A stretch of DNA of 64,000 bases. Origin: a virus. The stretch lies in IMG/VR virus record IMGVR_UViG_3300031519_006967, positions 1 through 64,000 of that record; one strand, 5' to 3'. A program made the position numbers and the translations under genes. Each line of letters starts with the position of its first letter. The stretch's first letter is position 1. The notes under the pieces are model-generated. The model saw only the letters and a program-made list of their open reading frames with translations. It was not told the DNA's origin and searched no databases. Positions 38,717 to 47,887 of this stretch are shown here, in pieces.

Positions 38717-41281
38717 ATGTATAGAAACATTCATTACAACAACCGAGAGAGTATAATAACTGAGTGGACGTGGGACGACGTAGGAAACCATGTGGAAAGA
38801 CGTGAGACCTTCTTACCCTTCTTATATGTAGAAACTTCTGAACCAGACCCTGATGCTATGAGTATTTTTGATACTCCATTGCGTAAATTGGAGTTTGATA
38901 AAGAGTGGGAGCGCCGTAAGTTCGCAGAGAAAACAAACAAGCGCGTCTTCTTTAATATTCCCGTTAAGCAGCAATATCTATTGGAGAAGTATGCAAATAC
39001 ATCTATGGATGATATGGTGCAATTTCCACTTAAGACTTACTATATTGACATTGAGGTATATTCACATGATACCTTCCCTGAAGCCGATGAAGCCGATTTC
39101 CCTATTAATGTCATCACATTTTTTGACACGGACTCCCAGTTGTTTTACTCTTGGGGATTGGAGAAAGAGTATGACCCATCCCAGCTTGATGAAATCGGGT
39201 TAGAGCCAGATCAGGTTAAATACGTATCTTGTAGTAGCGAGGTTGACCTCTTAGAGTGTTTCCTTAACTATTGGAGCAACAACTACCCTGATGTTGTAAC
39301 GGGATGGAACACTTCTACATTCGATATTCCTTACATCGTAAATAGAATTAGAAAACTTCTAGGCGAATCTGAAGTTAAGAAACTTTCTCCAGTGGGAAAC
39401 ATATATTCTAGACCAAGAAAAAATTACTGGGATCGTTACTATACACATTGGATTTTGGATGGGGTCGCAGATATTGATTACCTTGAACTATACGCTAAAT
39501 CAGAGATGAATGACAAGGAGTCACATACTCTAGATTACATTGCGAAGTTGGAAGGGGTTGATGGCAAGGTGGCATTCGAATCGGCAAACCTAGCAACGTT
39601 GGCAGATGAAGATTGGGACACGTTTGTCACATATAACATCCAAGATGTTAACATTATGGTTAAGCTTGAGGCTAAGAAGCGTTATTTGCGGGTTGCCCGT
39701 GGTAAGGCATATAGAGGGTTCTCTCCATTAGAGAAGGCACTAGACTCTGTACCAATTGTTACTGGCATGATTGCTAAGGCTGGATTAGACGATAATCAAA
39801 TTATTGTATCAGCTAAACCACCTGAAGAAAGCGCAGACTTTGTTGGTGGGTATGTGTTTAAGCCATCTGGTAAGGTACATAGAGGCATCGTATCATTTGA
39901 TGTGAACTCATTGTACCCAAATACAATGATTACGCTTAACACGTCACCAGAAACTAAGGTGGGTAGAGTCCACAGGATTAGTGATGATCAAGTTAGGCTT
40001 GAGTTAGTGTCAGGTAAAAGTAAAATTATATCTACGTCTGAGCTTAAAGCTACAATCAAAAAACATAATTTAATTATAACTAAGTCTAATGTATTATTCC
40101 ATCAGCGAAAGATGGGAATTTGTGCAAAGTTCTTGGACGATATGTATAAGGATCGTAAAGCCATACAGAAGCAGATGAGGGAAACTGATGATGAGGTTCT
40201 TAAGGATAAACTCGATATTGAGCAATATCTTTTAAAGATTCTTCTCAACTCAGTGTATGGAGTATTTGGTAATAAATATTTCCCACTATATGATTTAGAC
40301 ATTGCGGAGTCTGTTACTAAAACTGGTCAAGCCATGATTAGGAAGTCTACAGATATCATGAAGGATGAGGCATTGAAACGCGCTAACGTAACGGATGAAA
40401 TTACTGTTTATGGAGACACCGATTCAAACTTCTTTGATTTTGATAAAATATTAAAAAATATGGGAGTTGAGTTCTTTCGGGAAATTGATGGTGAAATGAA
40501 AGTTACTCCAGAAGCTCTTGTAGTTATTGATGAGTTTGAGGATAACTTAAATGATGAAATTAATGATTGGGCGATATCACAGTTAAATACCAACGATCCA
40601 AGATATCATTTCTCCCGAGAGAAGATATGTTTAATTGGCACGTTCTTAACTAAGAAGAATTATATTCTTAGGGTATTGAATAACGAGGGCGAGGATTGCG
40701 ATAAATTAGCAATGGCTGGTGTAGAACTTAAGAAATCTTCTCACTCAGACCCAGTTAAAGAGTTAATACTTAAGGTGTTGAAGTGTATTTTCTATGAGAC
40801 TGGTAAAGGCGAGGCTAATAAATTTTACAATGAAGCTCTTGATAATTTTAAGGGTTTGCCAGCACCCGATATTGCTTTACGTAAAAATATTAAAAATCAT
40901 GAGAAGTGGCTTGCCATGGCCAAAGGTAATGATTGCGGTAAGGGAACACCCCAACACCATAAGGGTGCCATCTATTATAATAGCTTGATTGATGAGCTTG
41001 GATTGGGGGGAAAATACCCGAAAATTTCTTCTGGACAAAAGGTAAAAATGGTGTATCTTGAGAAGAATAAGAGAGGAATGCGGTTCATTGCGTTCATTGA
41101 CGCGCTACCACCAGAGTTTGAATTGTCTCCAGATTACGACATTCAGTTCAAAAAAATGGTAACTCCTTTAATACAAAGGTGTTACATTGGTAGCGATTGG
41201 CGATTACCCAACATTGATAAACCTGTAACCTTAGACTTATTTGAATTTTTAGGAATTGAAGAAAATGATGAAACAAGTTAA
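38717..41281 (+). CDS. gp43: Family B DNA polymerase
   Basis: DIEV, GWN..FDIPY, SFDVNSLYP, KILLNSVYG, YGDTDS, KKNY. Confidence 0.95.
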   Translation: MYRNIHYNNRESIITEWTWDDVGNHVERRETFLPFLYVETSEPDPDAMSIFDTPLRKLEFDKEWERRKFAEKTNKRVFFNIPVKQQYLLEKYANTSMDDMVQFPLKTYYIDIEVYSHDTFPEADEADFPINVITFFDTDSQLFYSWGLEKEYDPSQLDEIGLEPDQVKYVSCSSEVDLLECFLNYWSNNYPDVVTGWNTSTFDIPYIVNRIRKLLGESEVKKLSPVGNIYSRPRKNYWDRYYTHWILDGVADIDYLELYAKSEMNDKESHTLDYIAKLEGVDGKVAFESANLATLADEDWDTFVTYNIQDVNIMVKLEAKKRYLRVARGKAYRGFSPLEKALDSVPIVTGMIAKAGLDDNQIIVSAKPPEESADFVGGYVFKPSGKVHRGIVSFDVNSLYPNTMITLNTSPETKVGRVHRISDDQVRLELVSGKSKIISTSELKATIKKHNLIITKSNVLFHQRKMGICAKFLDDMYKDRKAIQKQMRETDDEVLKDKLDIEQYLLKILLNSVYGVFGNKYFPLYDLDIAESVTKTGQAMIRKSTDIMKDEALKRANVTDEITVYGDTDSNFFDFDKILKNMGVEFFREIDGEMKVTPEALVVIDEFEDNLNDEINDWAISQLNTNDPRYHFSREKICLIGTFLTKKNYILRVLNNEGEDCDKLAMAGVELKKSSHSDPVKELILKVLKCIFYETGKGEANKFYNEALDNFKGLPAPDIALRKNIKNHEKWLAMAKGNDCGKGTPQHHKGAIYYNSLIDELGLGGKYPKISSGQKVKMVYLEKNKRGMRFIAFIDALPPEFELSPDYDIQFKKMVTPLIQRCYIGSDWRLPNIDKPVTLDLFEFLGIEENDETS

Positions 41282-41675
41282 ACAAGTAATAGTAGTTCGC
41301 CGAGATTTAAACATGACCACGGGTAAGTCCATCTCACAGGGATGTCATGCGTCCTTGTCGTTTCTAACTAAACCCTTCCATGTTTTTGGCTTTGGGGGGG
41401 TGTGGGTATATTATAATTTAATTCGAACCCTCCTCTCAAAACCAGTCCGATCTTGGATTGAGAATGGGTTTACTAAAATTTGCTTGGCGGCAGATACTGA
41501 GGATCAGATATATTTGATTGCTGCACATGCCAAACATTTAGGAATTGAGTGTAACGTAATTAAGGATTCGGGTAAAACTGAGTTTAAAGGTAAGCCCACT
41601 GTTACATGTCTGGCCTTGGGACCAGATTATTCTGATAGGATTGATGTGATTACAGGAAATTTAAAATTATTATGA
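41265..41675 (+). CDS. pth2: Peptidyl-tRNA hydrolase type 2
   Basis: KQVIVVRRDL, GK..SQGCHA, KICL, DSGKTE, LALGP, LKLL. Confidence 0.88.
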   Translation: MMKQVKQVIVVRRDLNMTTGKSISQGCHASLSFLTKPFHVFGFGGVWVYYNLIRTLLSKPVRSWIENGFTKICLAADTEDQIYLIAAHAKHLGIECNVIKDSGKTEFKGKPTVTCLALGPDYSDRIDVITGNLKLL

Positions 41676-41740
41676 GTCAAGTATAATTTTAGTAGACAAA
41701 AAACTGGAATGAGTCGTTTCCATGGTGTATATTATATACT

Positions 41741-42406
41741 ATGAAAGATGATTATACACATATTGCAATAATTCTAGATCGTTCTGGTTCTATGAAACAG
41801 ATTAAAGACGATACCATTGGAGGATTTAACCAGTTTCTTGAAGACCAACAAAAGGAAGAGGGATATGCTACTGTAACATTAGCACAATTCGACAGTAGTT
41901 ATGAACTGCTAGAAGATTTTACTGATATTGGAGAAGTCCCTCTACTGACAGAAGAGACATTCATACCACGAAGCATGACTGCTCTACAAGACGCCATTGG
42001 CCTGACGGTTAATAGTGTTGGACAGAAGTTAGCGGCTCTCGACGAGAAAGACAGACCATCAAAGGTCTTAATTTGCGTTATGACGGACGGTGATGAAAAC
42101 GCATCTAGAGAGTTTTCCCCTAGCGATATTAAAGAATTAGTTAAACTCCAAACGGAAGAATATAAGTGGGAATTTGTATTTATTGGAGCTAATCAAGACG
42201 CAGTTATTACTTCTGGAACGCTTGGGTTCGATGCAGGAAAAACAATGACATATGCTGCGAATTCTAGAGGAACTACAAGCGCATATCAAACTCTTAGTGA
42301 TAATGTTAAAACCTTACGTAATTCTAAAGGGGCTGACACATCAGAAGCCATGCTATTCTCTGATGATCAGAAGAAAGAACAAAAAGACGCTGGTGCAGTT
42401 GCATAA
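41741..42406 (+). CDS. vWA-domain protein
   Basis: MIDAS LDRSGSM, TALQDAIG, TDGDENAS, FIGAN. Confidence 0.85.
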   Translation: MKDDYTHIAIILDRSGSMKQIKDDTIGGFNQFLEDQQKEEGYATVTLAQFDSSYELLEDFTDIGEVPLLTEETFIPRSMTALQDAIGLTVNSVGQKLAALDEKDRPSKVLICVMTDGDENASREFSPSDIKELVKLQTEEYKWEFVFIGANQDAVITSGTLGFDAGKTMTYAANSRGTTSAYQTLSDNVKTLRNSKGADTSEAMLFSDDQKKEQKDAGAVA

Positions 42407-42432
42407 CCCATATTAAATTACTAAATTATATT

Positions 42433-42849
42433 ATGTCAGAAGAAATTCAATATAGAGCAATTTTACGAGATGTTGCCCAAGTCGTTATTGGCGAGTTGGT
42501 GAGCGAAGATGAAGATAAGGTGGTTCTTAAAAACCCATCCATTCTACATGTTCAAGCGCAGGGACAAAGCATTAGTTTACAATACATCCCATTAGGTTTA
42601 GTTAGCATGAATCCCCCAATTACCCTGAAGGTGTTGTGTAAGGAAGGCGCTGATCTAGATTTCGGGATTCCCTTTAGTAAACATGAGGTGCTTGTTGCGG
42701 ACGTGCCACTTAATGATGAAGTCCTTAATGGGTATAAGGAAGCACAAAACCCAAGTCCAATAGCCACGCCTAGCGGTGCTGGAGCATTGGTTGGGCCTGA
42801 TGGATCGGTGCTACCGACCACCACACCAAAAGCACAAAATCTATTTTAA
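42433..42849 (+). CDS. Hypothetical Sm-like protein
   Basis: VIGEL...VVLKNP beta pattern. Confidence 0.5.
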   Translation: MSEEIQYRAILRDVAQVVIGELVSEDEDKVVLKNPSILHVQAQGQSISLQYIPLGLVSMNPPITLKVLCKEGADLDFGIPFSKHEVLVADVPLNDEVLNGYKEAQNPSPIATPSGAGALVGPDGSVLPTTTPKAQNLF

Positions 42850-42877
42850 TAGACTCATAAAATAATAAAAAACTTTG

Positions 42878-42907
42878 AAGCCGCCCTTGAAATGGGGCGG
42901 CTTTTTT
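42878..42907 (+). terminator. Intrinsic terminator overlapping the uvsX promoter
   Basis: AAGCCGCCC-TTGAAATG-GGGCGGCTT followed by a T-run. Confidence 0.85.
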
Positions 42908-42920
42908 GTTATATTATATT

Positions 42921-44006
42921 ATGAGTAAACTATTAGAACGACTAAAGAAAAATTCTACGCTTGAATGCGAGATAATGAGCGATAGCAGATTTTACGGAAA
43001 CGATGTGTTTTATGATACTGGATACCCCCATTTAAATTTAGCATTGAGCGGAAGGCTTAACGGGGGTCTTAGTACTGGGGTGACCATGATTGCTGCTCCC
43101 TCCAAGCACTTCAAATCAAACTATTTATGTATTTGCATGAAGGCATTCCAAAGGGAAAAGCCAGATGGTGTTATTCTGTTCTATGATACTGAGGGCGGCA
43201 CTAAGCCTAGTTATCTGGAAACATTTGGGGTAGATGCTAGTAGACTACTACACATCCCTGTCATGAACTTAGAGGAGCTAAAATTTGATTTAGCTAAACA
43301 GTTGAACGATATGGATGCCGCCGACGATATTTTTGTTGCAGTAGATTCTTTAGGTAACATTGCATCTAAGAAAGAGGTGGTAGATGCTCAAACCGGAAAT
43401 GAGGCAGCAGATATGACTAGAGCTAAACAAATGAAGTCTTTAGGTAGAATTATAACTCCATATATTAATAAATTCAAAATATCGTTTGTTGGGATTGGTC
43501 ATACGTATCAGACTCAAGATAGATTTCCCACTACTGTTATGAGTGGTGGAACGGGTGTTATGTATATTAGTGACACTGTTTTATTAGTTGGTAAATCTCA
43601 GGAGAAGACCGGAAAGGTGTTGGATGGTTTTGATTTTAAATTAAATATTGATAAATCAAGATTTATCAAAGAAAAACTAACTATCCCGTTTCCTGTAATG
43701 TATAGTGGCGGACCTGACAAGTATGGAGCATTGTTTGATCTTTGTATGGCACATACTGATATTATTGAACAAAAGGGTGCTTGGTATGTTTACCCAGAAT
43801 CTGATAAAAATAAGAGAAAATCGGAAATTGTGCAGGACACAAAATGGATGGATTCTTTGTTGGAAAATGATGAATTTGTGGATGCAGTTGAGGGTTATTA
43901 TCGTCTCCCAGACCCCATTGACACGTCTCAGCCTTATGTTGCCCATGAGGAAGACCCTGATGAGGTAGATTTTGAGGCTATGGTTGCGGAAAATTCAGGG
44001 GAATAA
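42921..44006 (+). CDS. uvsX: UvsX/RecA-like recombinase
   Basis: LNLALSG, APSKHFKS, YDTE, VDSLGNIASKKE, ADMTRAK, SGGTG. Confidence 0.92.
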   Translation: MSKLLERLKKNSTLECEIMSDSRFYGNDVFYDTGYPHLNLALSGRLNGGLSTGVTMIAAPSKHFKSNYLCICMKAFQREKPDGVILFYDTEGGTKPSYLETFGVDASRLLHIPVMNLEELKFDLAKQLNDMDAADDIFVAVDSLGNIASKKEVVDAQTGNEAADMTRAKQMKSLGRIITPYINKFKISFVGIGHTYQTQDRFPTTVMSGGTGVMYISDTVLLVGKSQEKTGKVLDGFDFKLNIDKSRFIKEKLTIPFPVMYSGGPDKYGALFDLCMAHTDIIEQKGAWYVYPESDKNKRKSEIVQDTKWMDSLLENDEFVDAVEGYYRLPDPIDTSQPYVAHEEDPDEVDFEAMVAENSGE

Positions 44007-44022
44007 AACATTCAATTTATTC

Positions 44023-44051
44023 TTGACAATACTAAAGTCATGGGGTAATAT
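44023..44051 (+). promoter_or_regulatory. Sigma70-type promoter
   Basis: TTGACA-N17-TAATAT. Confidence 0.7.
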
Positions 44052-44061
44052 AAGTCTCACA

Positions 44062-44190
44062 GTTCAGAGATTACATTCAGCAACTAAAAATTGTAACGTA
44101 AACACAAAAAACACGTAATCTGAGTCTGAACACCATAATAGATTGAATACAGCAAACGTATTTTAAAATAAACAAATAAACAAATCAATC
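44062..44190 (+). ncRNA. Putative structured leader RNA with two CAGCAA stem-loops
   Basis: AGATTAC/GTAATCT and GATTGA/TCAATC stems, each followed by ATWCAGCAA and an A-rich loop; outer GTTCAGA/TCTGAAC stem. Confidence 0.5.
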
Positions 44191-44198
44191 AGAAAATT

Positions 44199-45650
44199 AT
44201 GAACACCCATAACGGAGCAAACGCAAATTATAGCACAGGACACCCACTAGTGGAGTTCTTCGGAAAAGCAGGATCACTCTTTGATAAAAAGAAGGCTAAC
44301 CAATCATATTACGGGAATGAGGCAACAGCCTTAGACTTGTTTTTAAACGCATGGGAAGTAGACAAGGAGAAGGCATTTAAACTCCTTCTTTGGTGTCGTG
44401 ACGTTCGTGGTGGTGCCGGAAATCGAAGTGGATCACGATCTATTCTAACTTGGCTCGCAGGAGTTGACGCGGATTGGATCAATCTTAATATTTCTAAAAT
44501 CCCTGAACTTGGTCGTTGGGATGACCTTATCGCATTGGTGGGAACTCCATGTGAGTCGTCTGCCCTTGAATTATGGGCATCTGCCATTAATAATAAAGAT
44601 GGTCTTGCATGTAAGTGGTCTCCTAGAGAGAATAAGGCAGGACGCACCGTAGCTAAGAAACTTCGTAAGCTTTTGGGGTTTACCCCAAAGGAATATCGTA
44701 AGTGGTTGACTGCTAATACCCAAGTTGTTGAGACTGCAATGTGCAACAAAAACTGGAACGAAATCAAGTTTGGGGCAGTTCCATCCGTGGCTATGTCACG
44801 GTATGGTAAGTCTTTCCGAAAGCATGATGAAACTCGGTTCACGCAGTATTTGGAAGATGTTAAGAACCCAGAATCTAAAGAGAAAATCAACGCGGGAGCA
44901 TTGTTTCCTCATGACATTATGAAGGCACTACCATCTACAGGTCGCGGTTGGTCCGACATTAAGTATGGTAAGTCTGACGTAGCTGACGCTCAATTTGAGG
45001 CTATGCCAGATTTTTTCGACACTGATATGCGGGTTATGCCTATTATCGATACTTCTGGTTCGATGTGTGTTAACGTTGCGGGGGATACCTCAGCATCCGA
45101 TGTTGCTATTTCACTAGCAATGTATGCATCAGATCGCCTTGGTGAGGACAACCCATTCTACAGAAAGTTTATTCCATTCTCCACTAAGGCTCAGTTCTTT
45201 GATTGGAAGAATGCTGATGGATTTTCTGACGGCGTGGGGCAATTCGCCGAATCTACTGGTTACGGTTGGATTGGATCAACTAACGTTGCTTCTGCTTTTC
45301 GCCTATTGCTAGATACTGGAAGCTTCCTAAATGTTACTTCTGAGCAGATGCCTAATACGCTTCTAATTATCTCTGACATGCAGTTTAATTCTGGAACTAG
45401 TGGAGATGGAACGGAGGTTAGAAATCTTATTAAAGAGTGGACAGATCGCGGCTTTGACGAGCCAAATGTAGTATATTGGAACACTTCAGGTTATGCTGGT
45501 GCGCCTGACTCCGCGTATAGTGATAAGACGGGCATGGTCTCAGGATTCAGCCCATCTATTTTGAACGCAGTATTTAATGGAACTGATTTCACCCCACTGG
45601 GGATTATGGAACAGGCTATCGAGAAGTATGAGGTAGTTATTCCTGATTAA
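44199..45650 (+). CDS. DUF2828 / TROVE(Ro60)-like protein with C-terminal vWA
   Basis: RDVRGGAGNR, GRWDDL, KWSPRE, VPSVAM, DTSGSM, ISDMQF, VYWN, VSGFSP. Confidence 0.8.
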   Translation: MNTHNGANANYSTGHPLVEFFGKAGSLFDKKKANQSYYGNEATALDLFLNAWEVDKEKAFKLLLWCRDVRGGAGNRSGSRSILTWLAGVDADWINLNISKIPELGRWDDLIALVGTPCESSALELWASAINNKDGLACKWSPRENKAGRTVAKKLRKLLGFTPKEYRKWLTANTQVVETAMCNKNWNEIKFGAVPSVAMSRYGKSFRKHDETRFTQYLEDVKNPESKEKINAGALFPHDIMKALPSTGRGWSDIKYGKSDVADAQFEAMPDFFDTDMRVMPIIDTSGSMCVNVAGDTSASDVAISLAMYASDRLGEDNPFYRKFIPFSTKAQFFDWKNADGFSDGVGQFAESTGYGWIGSTNVASAFRLLLDTGSFLNVTSEQMPNTLLIISDMQFNSGTSGDGTEVRNLIKEWTDRGFDEPNVVYWNTSGYAGAPDSAYSDKTGMVSGFSPSILNAVFNGTDFTPLGIMEQAIEKYEVVIPD

Positions 45651-45673
45651 TTTATCGTTGTATTTTTCATAAT

Positions 45674-45772
45674 AATCAACGCTAAAATCCAGCCATGACT
45701 ACCGCGCTTAAGAACTCCGATCTCGCCACTGACTCCGACGCGGTAGGCGTTGGCTGCGATGCCTTGTTCGGC
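45674..45772 (-). other. attC-like integron recombination site
   Basis: Minus strand: R'' GCCGAAC, 5 nt, L'' ATCGCAGC, CTACCGCG/CGCGGTAG stem, L' GCTGGAT, 6 nt, R' GTT; extra G in L''. Confidence 0.75.
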
Positions 45773-46071
45773 TTCTTATCTGGGACTACTAGCGAGCAGC
45801 GATGTGGGATAATGCCGCAACCCTCTCCTGTGTGCCTCGCTATCACGCCACCGCAAGAAAGAGTGATCGAGGCTCTAGCAATACTGGAACAACTTAAAGA
45901 ATGCACGTCTCCGATCTCATCCGTGCAACTAATGAATCAGATTACGGAGTGCCTTCGTCCTGTTGAATCTGAACTAGAGGAAGTGCGGCTCCAATGCTCT
46001 AAACTCCGCCAATGGGGTGAAGCGTGGAAAAAACGAACCAAGCTCGAAATAGAATTAAATTCTCTGCCGAA
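45680..46071 (-). mobile_element. Integron-type gene cassette
   Basis: Begins G/TTCGGC (46072-46066), the exact complement of R''; ends in attC; visibly GC-richer than flanks. Confidence 0.7.
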
Positions 46072-46078
46072 CAGATAA
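45695..46078 (+). CDS. Hypothetical cassette-borne protein (LEEVR..CSKLRQWG motif)
   Basis: 127 aa ORF; first ~26 codons are the attC bottom strand. Confidence 0.55.
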   Translation: MTTALKNSDLATDSDAVGVGCDALFGFLSGTTSEQRCGIMPQPSPVCLAITPPQERVIEALAILEQLKECTSPISSVQLMNQITECLRPVESELEEVRLQCSKLRQWGEAWKKRTKLEIELNSLPNR

Positions 46079-46082
46079 AAGA

Positions 46083-46118
46083 AAAACCCGCCCCTCTTAA
46101 TTGAGTTGCGGGTTTTTT
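46083..46118 (+). terminator. Intrinsic terminator
   Basis: AAAAACCCGC...GCGGGTTTTTT. Confidence 0.8.
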
Positions 46119-46134
46119 GCGTATAAGTATTACC

Positions 46135-46498
46135 ATGATAGTTAAATTTAAATTAGCAGGATTTTTCGTGGATAAACCAAAATACGCGACTATAGAAATA
46201 GACGCTGAGGCTGATGCTGTTCAGTTGGCGGACGGTAATATATTAAAAGTTAAACAGTTGGATGGACCTGCCCTAGACCAATATGTATTCGAAAAATATG
46301 TAGCCAACACTGGAATGGATGGTAGAGTGTTGGAAATGGTGATAAGTAGCTAGTGAGGAATATGAGGAATATGATTTCGAATTTGATAGAGACGATTGGG
46401 TTGAATTATCAGGCTACATCAATATAAGCCTACATGATGCCTATTATCATGCGGAATATGATAGAGACGCAGCAGAAGAACGATTTAACAATTCCTAG
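46135..46498 (+). CDS. Hypothetical protein, probably frameshifted at ~46351
   Basis: ATAAGTA-N5-ATG; TAG at 46351, then +1 frame open to 46498. Confidence 0.45.
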
Positions 46499-46533
46499 TT
46501 GAACTGATGGGTTGGCTGTGATACATTTATTTA

Positions 46534-47880
46534 ATGTCACAACTTAATCTAGACCTATATGAGAAAGTAATTGTATACAACTGCCTAAAAACAGGTAATG
46601 AGGAATACCTATCCTCAGTTGTAGAACATATAGACCCTGAACTATTCAACAATAGAGATGCTGCTTGCGTGGTGGAAGTCATACGAGATTTCTATCTGGA
46701 AAACGACACAATCCCAAATAGAACGGAAATCCGCGCTAGGATCAACAACAAGACACTATTAGAGTCGTTTAAACGCCTTTTAACGGACTTTAAAGACTTA
46801 GATAAGGATTATACCATATCGGAACTAGTTAAGAACACTGAGAACTTTATCAAGCAACGCTCCCTGCTTAAAAATATTGAGAGGTCGTTGGAAGAACACT
46901 CTTCAGAGAAAAGAATTGATGAGGAGCGAGTTCTTAAAGAGTTTGATAAAATTCAAAGCTTATCTCTAATAGATAATTTAGGTTTAGATTTACTTGCAGA
47001 TTCCCAACAATTTGTGGATAGACTTTTACAGGCGGATGAGTATATATCAACTGGTTATATTTGGTTAGATCGAGAATTGGGAGGTGGATTACATAAAGAA
47101 GGTAAAGCGATCTACGGCATTGCGGGTGAAACCAATGTTGGTAAATCAATTGTTTTAGGTAATATTGGTACTAATATTTTATTGCAAGGCTACAACGTAG
47201 TAGTTATATCATTGGAGATGTCTGAATTTAGATATGCTAAGCGATTAGCTTCTATGTTATCTGACATTAAGCAGGTGGATTTGGCGAATAAGACTGATGA
47301 ATATTTGGAGTTTGTTACCACGTTCCAAAGCAAAAATAATGGGCGACTAATAATTAAAGAATTCCCAACGAAACAGGTTAGTGCAAAACACGTTGCAGGT
47401 TATATCAAAAGGTTGAAGAGAAAGAAGAACTTTGAACCAGATGTTATTGTTTTAGATTACCATACACTTCTTAAGCCATCAATATCACAAGGTTCTAAAC
47501 ATGCTGATATGCAGTTTACCACACAAGAAAGTAGAGCATTGTCATATCTATTTGATGCTCCTGTGTTGTCTGCTGCTCAGCTTAATAGAGGTGAGGGGGC
47601 AGCTAGTGGGCCATCCCTAGATAGAATTGCAGGATCGTGGGATATGTTATCAGACATGGACTATCTTGTAAATATTTGGCAGTCTGATGAGGATCGGGAA
47701 GCTGAATTACTTCGCTGGGCAATTAAAAAGGCTAGAGATTCGGAGAGAAATAATGAACATTTTTGGCCTGTAGATTACTCAACGTTAAGACTATTAGATG
47801 ATGACGCGGGTGGTGAGGTTCAAGCAGTTGCCAACGCTAGTGTAATGACAGATATTGTTGGAGATTTATTTGGAGATTAA
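46534..47880 (+). CDS. gp41: gp41/DnaB-like replicative helicase
   Basis: GETNVGKS, SLEMSE, IKEFPT, VLDY, AQLNR. Confidence 0.9.
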   Translation: MSQLNLDLYEKVIVYNCLKTGNEEYLSSVVEHIDPELFNNRDAACVVEVIRDFYLENDTIPNRTEIRARINNKTLLESFKRLLTDFKDLDKDYTISELVKNTENFIKQRSLLKNIERSLEEHSSEKRIDEERVLKEFDKIQSLSLIDNLGLDLLADSQQFVDRLLQADEYISTGYIWLDRELGGGLHKEGKAIYGIAGETNVGKSIVLGNIGTNILLQGYNVVVISLEMSEFRYAKRLASMLSDIKQVDLANKTDEYLEFVTTFQSKNNGRLIIKEFPTKQVSAKHVAGYIKRLKRKKNFEPDVIVLDYHTLLKPSISQGSKHADMQFTTQESRALSYLFDAPVLSAAQLNRGEGAASGPSLDRIAGSWDMLSDMDYLVNIWQSDEDREAELLRWAIKKARDSERNNEHFWPVDYSTLRLLDDDAGGEVQAVANASVMTDIVGDLFGD

Positions 47881-47887
47881 TAAAATT

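Noticed and set aside
44309-44890. 193 aa antisense ORF and other short overlapping ORFs in the track
   Set aside because: Shadow frames of well-supported genes, without motifs or promoters.
45682-45906. 74 aa minus-strand ORF as the cassette gene
   Set aside because: It reads through the attC and has no convincing start; the plus-strand ORF looks more protein-like.
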